Source: an uncultured Nitrospiraceae bacterium (GTDB lineage Bacteria; Nitrospirota; Nitrospiria; Nitrospirales; Nitrospiraceae). Taken from it: 64,000 nt of DNA. Position numbers and translations under genes: made by a program. Position 1 is the first letter of the stretch; the number at the start of each line of letters is the position of its first letter. Location of the stretch: the NCBI GenBank assembly GCA_963846575.1, contig CAWJWJ010000002.1:2592001-2656000 (forward strand). Reading direction: 5' to 3'. The notes beneath the pieces are model-generated. The model did no database searches and had not been told where the DNA came from. It worked only from the letters and a program-made list of their open reading frames with translations. Of the stretch, positions 29,617 through 39,975 are shown piece after piece.

Positions 29617-31446
29617 TCACACTCTGCTGTCCACTGACATGCGTCGAACAAATGAGTGGTGCCATTCGGCCAACATCACGAGGGAGAACAGCAGGCGTTC
29701 ATTGGGACGACCTTCGAGCATCTCCCGTTCCACGAGTGCCACTGCCTCGGCCCCGTCGAATTCCCCGATGCCACGGAGATCGAAGTAGTCCCGCAGAGAT
29801 CCGGCCCGCCTCAGCCACTGCCGCAGCCATTCGGCCATGGGAAGGATGAATCCCTGTTTCTTTCGTTCGACGATGCTGCGAGGGAGCAACAATGCGGCGA
29901 CCTCACGGAGCGCGACCTTGCTTTGCCTCGCTGTCATACGTCGGGCCTCCGGGAGCCGGAGGGCAACCTCTACCAGCGCAGGCGCTAAAAACGGGGCACG
30001 CCCTTCAAGGCTGTTCGCCATCGCCATACGATCGAGCTTCACCAGGAGATCGTCGGGCAGCCATGTCAAAACATCGGCCAGGGTAGCCCGTTGGAGAGAA
30101 TTCCGGGTGTTCGCGAGGGCGATTCGCAGAGACTCCTCCCACGGATCAGGGTCAGGGGCATAGCCGCCGAGAAGCCGCCGTCGACCCTCTGCACCCAGGA
30201 CCAGCGGAAAGCCTGAGGGTGTGACAGGCCCTGAATTGTCACAGAGACGCTCGAACGTGGTGGCTGCCCCCCGCCCCGACACCCAGTCCTTGAAGCAGGC
30301 GCTCCACGAGCGATGGGATAACATGGTCCCGTAATATTCATAGCCCGCGAATAACTCATCGGCGCCCTCTCCCGACAGGACGACCGTCACGTGCCGTTTG
30401 GCTTCCCGACAGAGCCAATAGGTCGGAAGCAATGCCTGATCACCAAGGGGCTCATCCAGGTTCTCGACAACCGTCGGCAATAAATCGTGAAACGCCGTTT
30501 CATCGAATGTGAAATGGTGGTGGGTAGAGCCGATCGCACGGGCCACCACCTCGGCAGAGGCCGACTCATCATAGCGCGCGTCCTTAAACCCCATGGAGAA
30601 TGTGTCGATGGCAGGATGATGCTGCGCCGCGACCGCCGCCACAATCGAACTATCGATTCCGCCCGAGAGAAACACGCCCACAGGAACGTCCGCGACCAAC
30701 CGGCTTGCGACGGCAGACTGGATCCGCTCCAGCAGGATCCGTGTGTCCACTTGTTCGATCGGCGTGACGCGCGAGCTATAGTACCGCTCGTGACTGATCG
30801 TGCATGTCCGCAAGGACACGGTCAGCCGTTCACCCGGCAGGACGCGATGAACCCCTCGCAAGATCGTCCGCCTCCCCGGCACATAGTGCAGCGCTAGATA
30901 ACGATCCACGCTTCCGGCATCCATGCCGCAATCCACCCACGGTAACAGCGCCAATGCCCTGGTATTCGAACTGTAGGCAAACCGGTTGGACCCCGCACTG
31001 TAGTACAGCGGCTTTTCTCCAAACCGGTCACGCGCCAGGTGCAGCTGGTGTGTCCGCCGATCAAGAAGCGCAATTGCGTACATGCCGTCCAGCTTCGCCA
31101 GCAGACCGTCTATCCCCCAGTGCTCGTATCCGTGGGCTAAGACTTCCGTGTCACTGGCCGTTTGGAACACCACGCCCTGATGCTCTAATTCATGACGGAG
31201 TTCCACATGGTTGTAGATTTCCCCGTTCTGAAAGGCCACCACCTGGCCGTCCCGACTCAGCAGCGGCTGGCTGCCGTGCTCGACGTCGATTACGGCAAGG
31301 CGCCGCATCCCCATGACAAGGTGGCCTTCGACAAACTGTCCCGCACCATCCGGTCCGCGCGACTCCATGGTCGCCAACATGCGTCCCAACAGGCGCTGCT
31401 GGTGGTGAGGCTCGATACGGTCACATACGCCGACAATGCCGCACAC
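29617..31446 (-). CDS. asnB: Asparagine synthase-like glutamine amidotransferase (glycan-associated)
   Basis: N-terminal MCGI, RGPDG, RRLAVID, NGEIYN, SDTEV, RDRFGEKPLYY, FLSGGIDSS, SGEGADELFAGY and KLDRMAMA motifs. Confidence 0.92.
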   Translation of the reverse strand: MCGIVGVCDRIEPHHQQRLLGRMLATMESRGPDGAGQFVEGHLVMGMRRLAVIDVEHGSQPLLSRDGQVVAFQNGEIYNHVELRHELEHQGVVFQTASDTEVLAHGYEHWGIDGLLAKLDGMYAIALLDRRTHQLHLARDRFGEKPLYYSAGSNRFAYSSNTRALALLPWVDCGMDAGSVDRYLALHYVPGRRTILRGVHRVLPGERLTVSLRTCTISHERYYSSRVTPIEQVDTRILLERIQSAVASRLVADVPVGVFLSGGIDSSIVAAVAAQHHPAIDTFSMGFKDARYDESASAEVVARAIGSTHHHFTFDETAFHDLLPTVVENLDEPLGDQALLPTYWLCREAKRHVTVVLSGEGADELFAGYEYYGTMLSHRSWSACFKDWVSGRGAATTFERLCDNSGPVTPSGFPLVLGAEGRRRLLGGYAPDPDPWEESLRIALANTRNSLQRATLADVLTWLPDDLLVKLDRMAMANSLEGRAPFLAPALVEVALRLPEARRMTARQSKVALREVAALLLPRSIVERKKQGFILPMAEWLRQWLRRAGSLRDYFDLRGIGEFDGAEAVALVEREMLEGRPNERLLFSLVMLAEWHHSFVRRMSVDSRV

Positions 31447-31449
31447 GCG

Positions 31450-32517
31450 TCAGGACCTCCCTGCCGGGACCGAACGCCCATCCCCCGGCACAGGCTTCTG
31501 ACAAATCAAAAACACGAAATCCGACGGCAGCACCTTGCCCTTGATGAGCAGATCTTCCATCACAAGGATCAAGTTGACGATGGAATCGAAGTCTCGCTGT
31601 TGTTGATTGGCAAGATCGGATCTCAACAGGGGGTGCAGCTGATGGAGGAGGGTGCCGTTGTAGAATCGCTCATATCGCACGTCGAAATACTGCTTCACCA
31701 GCGGATACACCTCAGCCGATCGCACCGCCTCTGATGGATCGCACTTGAGCATGCTCTCAACCGAAGGCCGCTCGAATCTGGTCTGCGTCCCGTCTCGCAA
31801 ATAGTAGGGATCCAGCGCGGTAAGCACCTTGTTCGCGATTTCAATTTGCCGGTCCGTCCACTGAAACCTGTTCGGCCCGATGAATTCCACCACGATAAAG
31901 TAGCCCTGAGGGGCCAATGCGCGCGCCACCTTCTGCAGAAGTTCCTCCAGATTAGTCGTGTGGTGCAGCGCGCCGGTGGACAGGATCAGATCGAATGTGC
32001 CGTCGATATCAAGCGCATTGACGTCCCCCACCTCGAAGCGGTAGCGCTCCTTCGGCGCACCGGCGGATTCAAACCTGGCGACAGCCTGCTCGATCGCTCC
32101 TTTCGAGATATCAACTCCGCTGACGAACCGAACCTTGCCGGAGCTGTAGAGCTGAATCTCATGGGCACCGTCTCCGCAACAGACGCTCAACGACCGGTCG
32201 AAACTGTGGTGAGGTAAATAGTCCTTCAAGAGCCAGCCCAACCAGTGATTGGGCGTATCGGTCATCAAGCGGTAGGTGGCCTCTTCAACCAGCTTGTTGT
32301 TGAGCCAGTACGAATTATCGGTTCTCATGGCCACAAACTGCTTGCCCCAATAGTCGGAGACACGATCCTGGCCGCTTCTGGCACCTCCCTTCTCCTGCCG
32401 ATCTCCAGACCGGCCAGCGAGCTTGGCGTGCGCCCATTCCAGCGCACGCAACAAGCGCCTGATGCCCGGCTTCAACATGCTTCGCAGCTGTCGCTCTCCG
32501 TACCTGCCCGGTCCCAT
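31450..32517 (-). CDS. Class I SAM-dependent methyltransferase
   Basis: LSVCCGDG, GVDIS, FDLI..ALHH, EFIGPNRFQ and DPSEAVRS motifs. Confidence 0.8.
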   Translation of the reverse strand: MGPGRYGERQLRSMLKPGIRRLLRALEWAHAKLAGRSGDRQEKGGARSGQDRVSDYWGKQFVAMRTDNSYWLNNKLVEEATYRLMTDTPNHWLGWLLKDYLPHHSFDRSLSVCCGDGAHEIQLYSSGKVRFVSGVDISKGAIEQAVARFESAGAPKERYRFEVGDVNALDIDGTFDLILSTGALHHTTNLEELLQKVARALAPQGYFIVVEFIGPNRFQWTDRQIEIANKVLTALDPYYLRDGTQTRFERPSVESMLKCDPSEAVRSAEVYPLVKQYFDVRYERFYNGTLLHQLHPLLRSDLANQQQRDFDSIVNLILVMEDLLIKGKVLPSDFVFLICQKPVPGDGRSVPAGRS

Positions 32518-32652
32518 GCGCCTCCCTTACGGTCCATATCTCGATTACGCATCATTCCTCACGCGAAGAACGCCAGCGTGGGTCCCTGGAACGGCAAACA
32601 GAGCTCATGCCGCAACACAACCGCAGGTCCGGCGTGATCCTCCGGGCGAAGC

Positions 32653-33792
32653 CTACCGGGGACGCCGGCCTTCGAAATAGAATCCTGCCGCAAGGGTGTT
32701 CCGCCCCATCTCACCGAGCGCTCCGTCGAATTCCTCCGCTCCCGCCTGTAGCTCCTTCTGCCATTTCGCAATGGTATTGCGCCATTTTCTCGACGTGAGG
32801 AACGGCGCGATCGCCTCAAATTGCATCAACAAACTTGCCGAGGGATATTGGTAGCTCTTGATGCCGCAGCGAATCTCCTCAAAGGGCGCCATAACCTGGC
32901 GCAAACCATGCTGCGTCATATTGAAAAAATGCCAGGGGTCCCCGTGCAGGGGTTGCATGAATGCCGTATCGATGTGAATGAGGCCGCCGGGCCGGAGTAT
33001 GCGATGCAACTCCCTGGCGGTGTGATGCGGATCCCGGAGGTGCTCGAAGACGGCCTGACTCACAACGGCATCGAACGTATGGTCGCGGAACGGGAGCCGC
33101 ACACGGCTGCACACGAGATCGGTCCATTGGTACTGGACGGCATCTACGTAGACGACGTGAGGGCGCAGCAGTTCTTGGGGGGTGTGACCAGCCCCGAAAT
33201 CGAGGATCCGTCCCCCTTGATGGCGTCCGAGAATGTCGAGCACATCCGACGAATAGGGGTGGGTCGTCGTCTGCTCGCTCAGATGCAGGCAGGGAGTACC
33301 CTGCTCGTGAAGAAAGTGGGGCACCCCTCCTCGAATGCTGGCACGCACGCCACATCTGGAACAGGTCCATCCAAGATCATGTTTCACAAGAGTGGAATGG
33401 CACTCCGGACACACAAGGAGATCGAACAGGTCGAACGACCGGTCCCGCATGGCCGACGGTCGAGAGGCCCCGAGGGCGTAGGTGCGCCGAAACAGTGGTC
33501 GATCCTGTTCCTCCCCATCCAGCACCGCCACCTCCACCTCTTGTTTCTGAACATGGTCGCCCACCAGCAGGTCCCCTTGGAATCCGCTGACGATAGCCTG
33601 CGCCTGTGACGGGTGCACCGAGAAAACATCCGGACGAATACTTCCCCACTCAAGTGCGGCCTCCCGCTCTCCATTGCAGGTTACGTAGAGTTGAGGACGG
33701 CGACCATGGTCGGGAATGTACCATCCTGAAAATCGACTGAGCCGGTCCATCTTGTCTCCGGCGGGGGTTTCAAGATTGAATTTCACAGTCAT
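32653..33792 (-). CDS. SAM-dependent methyltransferase with an internal Trm112-like zinc ribbon
   Basis: LLVCPEC...CSRC...IRGGVP followed by ILDFGAG, LPF, FDAVV..VFEH and LRPGG. Confidence 0.8.
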   Translation of the reverse strand: MTVKFNLETPAGDKMDRLSRFSGWYIPDHGRRPQLYVTCNGEREAALEWGSIRPDVFSVHPSQAQAIVSGFQGDLLVGDHVQKQEVEVAVLDGEEQDRPLFRRTYALGASRPSAMRDRSFDLFDLLVCPECHSTLVKHDLGWTCSRCGVRASIRGGVPHFLHEQGTPCLHLSEQTTTHPYSSDVLDILGRHQGGRILDFGAGHTPQELLRPHVVYVDAVQYQWTDLVCSRVRLPFRDHTFDAVVSQAVFEHLRDPHHTARELHRILRPGGLIHIDTAFMQPLHGDPWHFFNMTQHGLRQVMAPFEEIRCGIKSYQYPSASLLMQFEAIAPFLTSRKWRNTIAKWQKELQAGAEEFDGALGEMGRNTLAAGFYFEGRRPR

Positions 33793-36700
33793 GGCAACGG
33801 CTGCCCTCCTGTCAGCCAGGCTTCAGCGAAGATCTCTCCGTAGGCCCCGACCATTTCATCGAAGCCGGTTCCGAGCGCCAACACACTGGCGCTCTTCGCC
33901 GCCCTGTCACAGCGGAGCCGCTCATCCTGGATCAGGCGCTGCAACTGTGTGGCCAACGCAAGAGTATCTCCGGGCTCATAAAATGACGCATTGACTCCTT
34001 CCCTCACCTGTTCGCGAATCCCAAACACCGGGGTCGTGACAATGGGAAGACCGTAGGCCATCGCCTCAAGAACCACACGAGGATAACTCTCCAGCCTGGA
34101 AGTGCAGATGAACAGGTCCGCGGCACGGTAATACGGGGTCGTCTGGCGGGTTTCCGGCATGACGTGTATCCGACGACGAAGGGAAGACGATAGCCCTTTC
34201 ACCAACGCATGCAACTCGGCACTATAGTCTCCTGGCCGATCCCCTACGATGTAGCATCGGACTCGCTCCTGCAAATCCAGGGGAAGTTTAGACAGAGCGT
34301 GGACCAGATCCTGCTGTCCCTTCCTTGGACACACCGTGCCGAGCAGCAGCAGCACGATTTCACGCTCACAGGCCCCGATCGATGCCCGAGCCGCCGCCTT
34401 CGGCCACCCAGTACAGGCTTCCTCGATGCGGCTGGCGTCCAAACCGTTTCTGATCACGGTAAAATTGTGTCTGGTATTGAGTGGTGCATAGGCATCACGG
34501 GTGGCGTCGGAAACAAAGACCACCCGGTAGGGCCATGCAAAGCAATCGTAGGCCTTTTGAATGACGCCGTCAGGCAAATAATCAAAATACGTCTGCCAGG
34601 GCTCGCTTTCTCGAGGGTTCCACAGCGAAGGTAATTTGGCCTCATGCGCCGCCGCCACCGCATAAAAACTCTGCAGAGTATTGGCATAGACCAGTTCCGC
34701 TCCCCACGAGAGACACTTCGAGGCGAATACGCGGACAGCTTTTTCGTATTCCTTGAAATTCGTGACACCCCAGAGTGGATGCCGATCAATCATGACTGGA
34801 ATGCCCTGCTCCTCATAAAGCTGTCGAAGCGGACCATCGACGGGAGAGAACACCACGGGTTGAATGACCTTTCGCGCGGCCAGCGCTCTCGTCATTTCAT
34901 ACTGACTCCACGGCGCCCCCTCACAGTTCAGGCTGAGCGCTGTCATGACGGTCGGAATCGGTTTTTCCCGCCGCGCCGCGAGCTTGCGTGGGACAAGGGC
35001 AAAGCGTTCGTCATCGAGGGATAAGTATGGGCTATACCATCGATCCCGCCGCTGCGTGTATTTACGTTTGAACGCGGCGATTTCATCCGGATTGTCACGA
35101 AACCCGCGCGAGTAGCCTTCATAGTGAAGAAGTTCGGCCTCCGGACAGTAGACACATCGTGCCCCGGAATCTATCAGGCGATAGCAGTAGTCGACGTCGT
35201 TGTAGGCCACTCCAAATGCGACTTCGTTGAAGCCTCCGAGGTCGAGGAAACGCCGGCGTGAGGTGAGCAAGCAGGCCGCGGTCACGGCGGAGTAGTTTCG
35301 GACGACGGAGGCATAGGCCAGATACCCATGCTCCCACGATGGGGACAGCTTGAATGCCGGCCCGGCCAGCCCGTGATAGAGCCCATGAATCACACCGGCA
35401 TGCTGAATACGTCCGTCGGGAAAGATCAGCTTGGCCCCAACCGCGCCGACCCCTGCCATACGGGCATATCCGACCATTTGACTCAGCCATCGTGGCGCTT
35501 TCACTTCGGTATCGTTGTTGAGAAACAACACAAACTCGCTTTCCACTTCCTTTACCGCGCGATTATTGATAGCCGCGAAGTTAAACCGGTCCGCCGGATT
35601 AGGAATGCGGATGACGCGATGGGGAAGGGAACTCAGATACGCCAAGGTTTCAGGGTCGTCACTCTCGTTGTCTATCACCACAATTTCATAGTTGTGATAG
35701 GTCGTCCGGCGCAGCGACTCGATACATCGGCGGAGCACGGCCGTCTGATTCTTCGTCGGAATGAGAACCGCCACTTTCGGGCCTTCATCAGGAAACTCGT
35801 GAGCATAGATTCCCAGATTCCCCTTGGCGGCAAAATCCGGCTGCCTCACCTGCGCAACAATACCCCGGCGTATGAGGGCTTCGGCGACAGCCCGCCTACC
35901 AGCCTCGAGACTGCCCGGTTTCGCGGCGCCGCTCGAAGCCGTTGATCCGGGCAGGGCGCGCCAGTGATACAGTATCTTGGAAATGTGCCCGATCGCAGAG
36001 GTTCGTTCAGCCATCCGCAAAGCCAGATCATAATCTTGTGCCCCCTCGAACCCTCCGCGCATGGCACCGCAGGAGGTGAACAGTGCGCGCCGCATCACGA
36101 ATACATGACTGATGTACATGTAGGACAGGAGTAACTCCGGCGACCAATCGGGCTTGAATTGCGGAGCATACCGGCGCCCGTGCATGTCGATTTTGTCGTC
36201 ATCTGAATAGAGCGCATCCATATCCTGGTGTTCGCCAAGGTAGAGCGCGACTTCTCCGATGGCGTCCGGCGTCAGCTCGTCGTCATGATCGAAAAACAGC
36301 AGGAATGGGCCCGTGGCCAGCGCTACCGCTTCATTGGTTGCCTCGCTGATATTGACGTTCCGTTCCAGGAACTTGACCCGGATTCGAGGGTCCTCGGCAC
36401 TCCAGCGCTCGAGCGCGACTCGCACGTCCTTGTTCGTACTGCAGTCATCCGCGATGCAAAGTTCCCATCCAGGCCACACCTGCGCCTTTACCGAGGCAAC
36501 AGCCCTACCAAGAAACTCCATGGGCGGATCGTGCACCGGCATGACTATTGATATCTTAGGCAAACGGTGGGCCTGACGACCCAGGCGATCAAGCAACTCA
36601 TCGCGCATGCGGCTGTTCCATGCATTGACTCGCAACCAGGCATCGTACGGCGGGAGGACATCTTCGATAGTTTTCGGCGCAGGCGAGGTGCGTTGGGCGA

Positions 36701-36863
36701 GAATCCTGAACCTAAAGAACGCTTTTCGCAGCAGATCGGAGAATTCTAACCCTCGTGGTAGGCGGCCATGCCGTCGGTACCACGAGAGTCCCTCTGCGAG
36801 GGAAAACCGTGCAAACCGTAAAACCTTCAGGAGTCGTTGCATCACAGGATTCCTGGGGGACAT
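33789..36863 (-). CDS. Multidomain glycosyltransferase (GT2-GT2-GT4)
   Basis: First GT2: ISIVMPV, DDCS, DHDD, QDYDL. Second GT2: VLIPTKN, DNES, LNND, SAVTAAC, NDVD. GT4: RKGQ, ESYPRVVLEAMA. Confidence 0.9.
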   Translation of the reverse strand: MSPRNPVMQRLLKVLRFARFSLAEGLSWYRRHGRLPRGLEFSDLLRKAFFRFRILAQRTSPAPKTIEDVLPPYDAWLRVNAWNSRMRDELLDRLGRQAHRLPKISIVMPVHDPPMEFLGRAVASVKAQVWPGWELCIADDCSTNKDVRVALERWSAEDPRIRVKFLERNVNISEATNEAVALATGPFLLFFDHDDELTPDAIGEVALYLGEHQDMDALYSDDDKIDMHGRRYAPQFKPDWSPELLLSYMYISHVFVMRRALFTSCGAMRGGFEGAQDYDLALRMAERTSAIGHISKILYHWRALPGSTASSGAAKPGSLEAGRRAVAEALIRRGIVAQVRQPDFAAKGNLGIYAHEFPDEGPKVAVLIPTKNQTAVLRRCIESLRRTTYHNYEIVVIDNESDDPETLAYLSSLPHRVIRIPNPADRFNFAAINNRAVKEVESEFVLFLNNDTEVKAPRWLSQMVGYARMAGVGAVGAKLIFPDGRIQHAGVIHGLYHGLAGPAFKLSPSWEHGYLAYASVVRNYSAVTAACLLTSRRRFLDLGGFNEVAFGVAYNDVDYCYRLIDSGARCVYCPEAELLHYEGYSRGFRDNPDEIAAFKRKYTQRRDRWYSPYLSLDDERFALVPRKLAARREKPIPTVMTALSLNCEGAPWSQYEMTRALAARKVIQPVVFSPVDGPLRQLYEEQGIPVMIDRHPLWGVTNFKEYEKAVRVFASKCLSWGAELVYANTLQSFYAVAAAHEAKLPSLWNPRESEPWQTYFDYLPDGVIQKAYDCFAWPYRVVFVSDATRDAYAPLNTRHNFTVIRNGLDASRIEEACTGWPKAAARASIGACEREIVLLLLGTVCPRKGQQDLVHALSKLPLDLQERVRCYIVGDRPGDYSAELHALVKGLSSSLRRRIHVMPETRQTTPYYRAADLFICTSRLESYPRVVLEAMAYGLPIVTTPVFGIREQVREGVNASFYEPGDTLALATQLQRLIQDERLRCDRAAKSASVLALGTGFDEMVGAYGEIFAEAWLTGGQPLP

Positions 36864-36960
36864 CGCGGCAGAGCTTCGTCAGGCCTCGACAGACACTTGA
36901 GTACGCAAAGGAACACCATGTCCGGCGGCATCCTGATGCGACCCTTCAATGAGCGCACGG

Positions 36961-37902
36961 CTAGGGCTGGTTCTCATTGGGTCTTCCGGCAATGGCCCGA
37001 ACTAGGTTTGCCGCGGCGCGTAGCGGTCGAGTCGTCTTCCATGAGTGGGAGTTCAGCATGGACTGGATCGCCGCTTTCAGCCCGGTCACCTCGGTCTCCA
37101 AACCGGCGATTCGTCGCTGGGCAAGGTCCAGCTGATGCCGCAGGAGTCTGATTTCAGGGTCCGATTCGCCAAGATCCTCAAACAAACTGGAAGCTAATAC
37201 GGGCAGGTCCCTGTCCGATGCCACGGCCACCTGGTAGCAAGGACGGGCGAGACCGCTGGCCCTCTGAATTGCTGCGCTCTGGTCGCGATAATACTGAGTG
37301 GCCTCTCCGCACCGGCCTTCCGGCACGATTGCGGACGCGTAGAGCACACGCTGTCCCAGCATGGCGACATGCGTGAAGTAGCGCTCAACCAAACCTTGGA
37401 ATTCATCCGCGTACAGTTCCTTCACATGATAGGCATTGGCATGCTTGGCGCGCTCCGTATACTCCAGCTTGTCGGGACTGGACATGATCATCAGGCCACC
37501 CGGCCGCAAGACGCGTTTGATTTCCGCAAACATCGCCTCATGCTCGGTATGGTGTTCAATGGTCTCAAAACTCACCACCACGTCCACCATGCCGGCGGCT
37601 AAGGGAATCCGGTCGCAACGACCGATGAGGAACTCGATGTTTGACCGCTGATAGGCTGCCTTCGCATGCGCAATGGCGTCAGGCGCAATGTCCACTCCAT
37701 ATACGCGCCTCGCCACGCCCCCAAGGACGGCTGAGCCGTAGCCTTCCCCGCAGGCAATGTCCAAGACGATTTTCCCCGCAGCAAGATCCTTGGCCAACGC
37801 GTAGCGATGCAAATGTTCAAGAGCGATCGTGCCCTGCATCTCGGGGAGGAATCGTTCACCGGTTGCCTCAAGGTCCGGCACTGCCCTGCAGGTTTCAGTC
37901 AT
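36961..37902 (-). CDS. SAM-dependent methyltransferase with a C-terminal coiled coil (chain-terminator-like)
   Basis: TGERFLP, EHLHRY, VLDIACGEGYG and SFETIEH motifs; heptad region; SHSWKTTRPLR tail. Start set at the ATGA overlap (37902). Confidence 0.82.
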   Translation of the reverse strand: MTETCRAVPDLEATGERFLPEMQGTIALEHLHRYALAKDLAAGKIVLDIACGEGYGSAVLGGVARRVYGVDIAPDAIAHAKAAYQRSNIEFLIGRCDRIPLAAGMVDVVVSFETIEHHTEHEAMFAEIKRVLRPGGLMIMSSPDKLEYTERAKHANAYHVKELYADEFQGLVERYFTHVAMLGQRVLYASAIVPEGRCGEATQYYRDQSAAIQRASGLARPCYQVAVASDRDLPVLASSLFEDLGESDPEIRLLRHQLDLAQRRIAGLETEVTGLKAAIQSMLNSHSWKTTRPLRAAANLVRAIAGRPNENQP

Positions 37903-38621
37903 CGCAGTCCCCCTTGTGTCTCTTCCCGTTCCGACAGGCTTGCGACAAGCGCGACGCCTGCAGGATACCGATAGGGCACCATTCGGCACTCATCGAACCC
38001 GCTCTCCAGGATCTGACACCAGACATCGGCTCCGAACTCGGTGTGAACGGTCAATGACGAATCGTTACAGCCTTCGCTGCCATGCACGCTCCGTGGCAAC
38101 CCTGCCCTATCTCTCGTCAGGCGCCCCATCACCACAGGAACGGTAAAGATACAGGCTCCCCCGGGTCGAATCAGCCGCCGGCATTCCCGCAGCCCCTGAC
38201 GGGCATCCGGCACATGCTCCAAGGTATCGGAATGGACGACGAGGTCGAACGAGCCGCTTTCAAAAGGCAAGGCCATCATGTCAAACTCCGGATACCGCAC
38301 CAGGCGATGACCCGGCAGTTTCGTCAGCATGCTGGTAAGCCCGCCGGCCTCATTGATCTCCAGGAGCTTGCACGTTCGACTGGATTCGGCTTGCACCCAG
38401 TCGTTCAACGTCGAAGTCCCGTGAACATGGCGCAAGATCGCCTGCGCAAGGGCGATCGACCGAACGTTCGAACCACAGGCGGTGCAGCAGGTCCCCTGCT
38501 GCACGTTGATATAGTCGGCCTCCCGCTTGGACAATCCCCATTCAGCGATCAGGTCGCCCCACAACACGTCGTGATGGGAAAAGCTGCCTCCGCCGCAGAC
38601 CCTACAGAGCGACGGAGTCAT
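37899..38621 (-). CDS. SAM-dependent methyltransferase with N-terminal CxxC pairs
   Basis: CRVC, CTAC, LPF...FDLVVHSDTLEHV and RPGG motifs. The start is uncertain (the ORF opens at 38699). Confidence 0.78.
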   Translation of the reverse strand: MTPSLCRVCGGGSFSHHDVLWGDLIAEWGLSKREADYINVQQGTCCTACGSNVRSIALAQAILRHVHGTSTLNDWVQAESSRTCKLLEINEAGGLTSMLTKLPGHRLVRYPEFDMMALPFESGSFDLVVHSDTLEHVPDARQGLRECRRLIRPGGACIFTVPVVMGRLTRDRAGLPRSVHGSEGCNDSSLTVHTEFGADVWCQILESGFDECRMVPYRYPAGVALVASLSEREETQGGLR

Positions 38622-39975
38622 TGGTTCTTTGATCCCGAACATCCTGCGCAGCACTCCGGCATACCTCAGCATGCAACAGCTCAACGGCGAATAAGCCAAA
38701 GGTTAATTCGGTCGGGGCCGACGTGAAAGCCAAGGCATCATGAATCCAATGGTGTTGTACATGCTGCTCCTGGGTTCCGTCAGCAAGCGCCACGCTCAGT
38801 GAGTAGTCTCCCGGTTGAAGGACCGGCAGGACAAACTCCAACAACACGCTGAACTCTGTCGCCGGTGCAAGAGCCTCCGATGTCCCTTGCCGCGTCAGCA
38901 AGGTATTGGCCCCGAAGAGAGCTTGCCCCAATCGATCTCGCACGATAAATCCGACGATTGGACTTCTAAGCCATACGGAGGTCCGGCACCAGATTCGAAG
39001 CGCTACCTTTTCGGGTTTCGTGATGGTCCGGATCGGACGTCCGAGCATGTCATTGAATTGCAGGCTCTCGATCCACGCGTCTCGATCCGTCGACCTGTTC
39101 GTCCCGTTCCGGTGTAGGAAGGAACACAGCTCCCGCGCGTCAGCCTGTGTCTGTCCAGAAGCGAAGTCAGCATTCGACGCGGACACTGTTTCACGGCAAT
39201 TCGTCCCCACCTGCGTAAGGCCAGACGCCTCATGCAGATACCTATCACACACCGCCTTCGCTTCACCGATCGCGGCCACCTGGCCCCGCTCGAGCCACAG
39301 AGCCTTTCGACATAAACTCAGCACCGCTGCCGAGTCATGACTCACGAATAACACCGTGCCCTGCTGCATGAATGTCCTTAGAAAGCGCATGCACTTTTGA
39401 ACAAAAAACGCGTCTCCGACGGCCAGCGCCTCATCGATCACCAGAATGTCGGCCTTCACATGTGCCATCACCGAGAACGCCAGCCTCACCACCATGCCGC
39501 TCGAGTAGGTTTTTACGGGCTGATCGATTGACGCTCCGATGTCAGCAAATGCAAGCATCTCGTCCAGCTGCGCTTCGATATCCTGCTGAGACAGGCCCAG
39601 CAACGCCCCGTTCAAGAATACGTTTTCGCGCCCCGTAAATTCCGGATGAAAGCCGGCCCCGAGTTCCAACAAGGCGGCGACTCGACCGTTCATCTCCACG
39701 GTTCCGCCGGTCGGACTCAGTGTGCCCACGATCAACTGCAGGAGCGTAGACTTCCCGGACCCGTTCCGCCCGATTATGCCAAGCGTCTCCCCCTTCTTCA
39801 CCTCGAACCAGACATTTTCGACAGCAGGAATTTCCCGGAAGTACCTCCCGGGCCGGCGGCCAAAACACCTTTGCAAAGGAGGCAGGATCCACTGCTTAAC
39901 TCGATCGTGCGGCCGCTCATATTGCCGATACGTCTTGCAGAGACCCCGAACCCTGATCGCCCATTCAGAGGACAT
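38602..39975 (-). CDS. wzt: Polysaccharide ABC exporter ATPase with a C-terminal carbohydrate-binding (Wzt_C) domain
   Basis: GRNGSGKST, LLELGAGF, YSSGM, DEALAVGD and VSHD motifs; C-terminal beta domain (GQALFGANT, PGDYSLSVA). Confidence 0.92.
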   Translation of the reverse strand: MSSEWAIRVRGLCKTYRQYERPHDRVKQWILPPLQRCFGRRPGRYFREIPAVENVWFEVKKGETLGIIGRNGSGKSTLLQLIVGTLSPTGGTVEMNGRVAALLELGAGFHPEFTGRENVFLNGALLGLSQQDIEAQLDEMLAFADIGASIDQPVKTYSSGMVVRLAFSVMAHVKADILVIDEALAVGDAFFVQKCMRFLRTFMQQGTVLFVSHDSAAVLSLCRKALWLERGQVAAIGEAKAVCDRYLHEASGLTQVGTNCRETVSASNADFASGQTQADARELCSFLHRNGTNRSTDRDAWIESLQFNDMLGRPIRTITKPEKVALRIWCRTSVWLRSPIVGFIVRDRLGQALFGANTLLTRQGTSEALAPATEFSVLLEFVLPVLQPGDYSLSVALADGTQEQHVQHHWIHDALAFTSAPTELTFGLFAVELLHAEVCRSAAQDVRDQRTNDSVAL

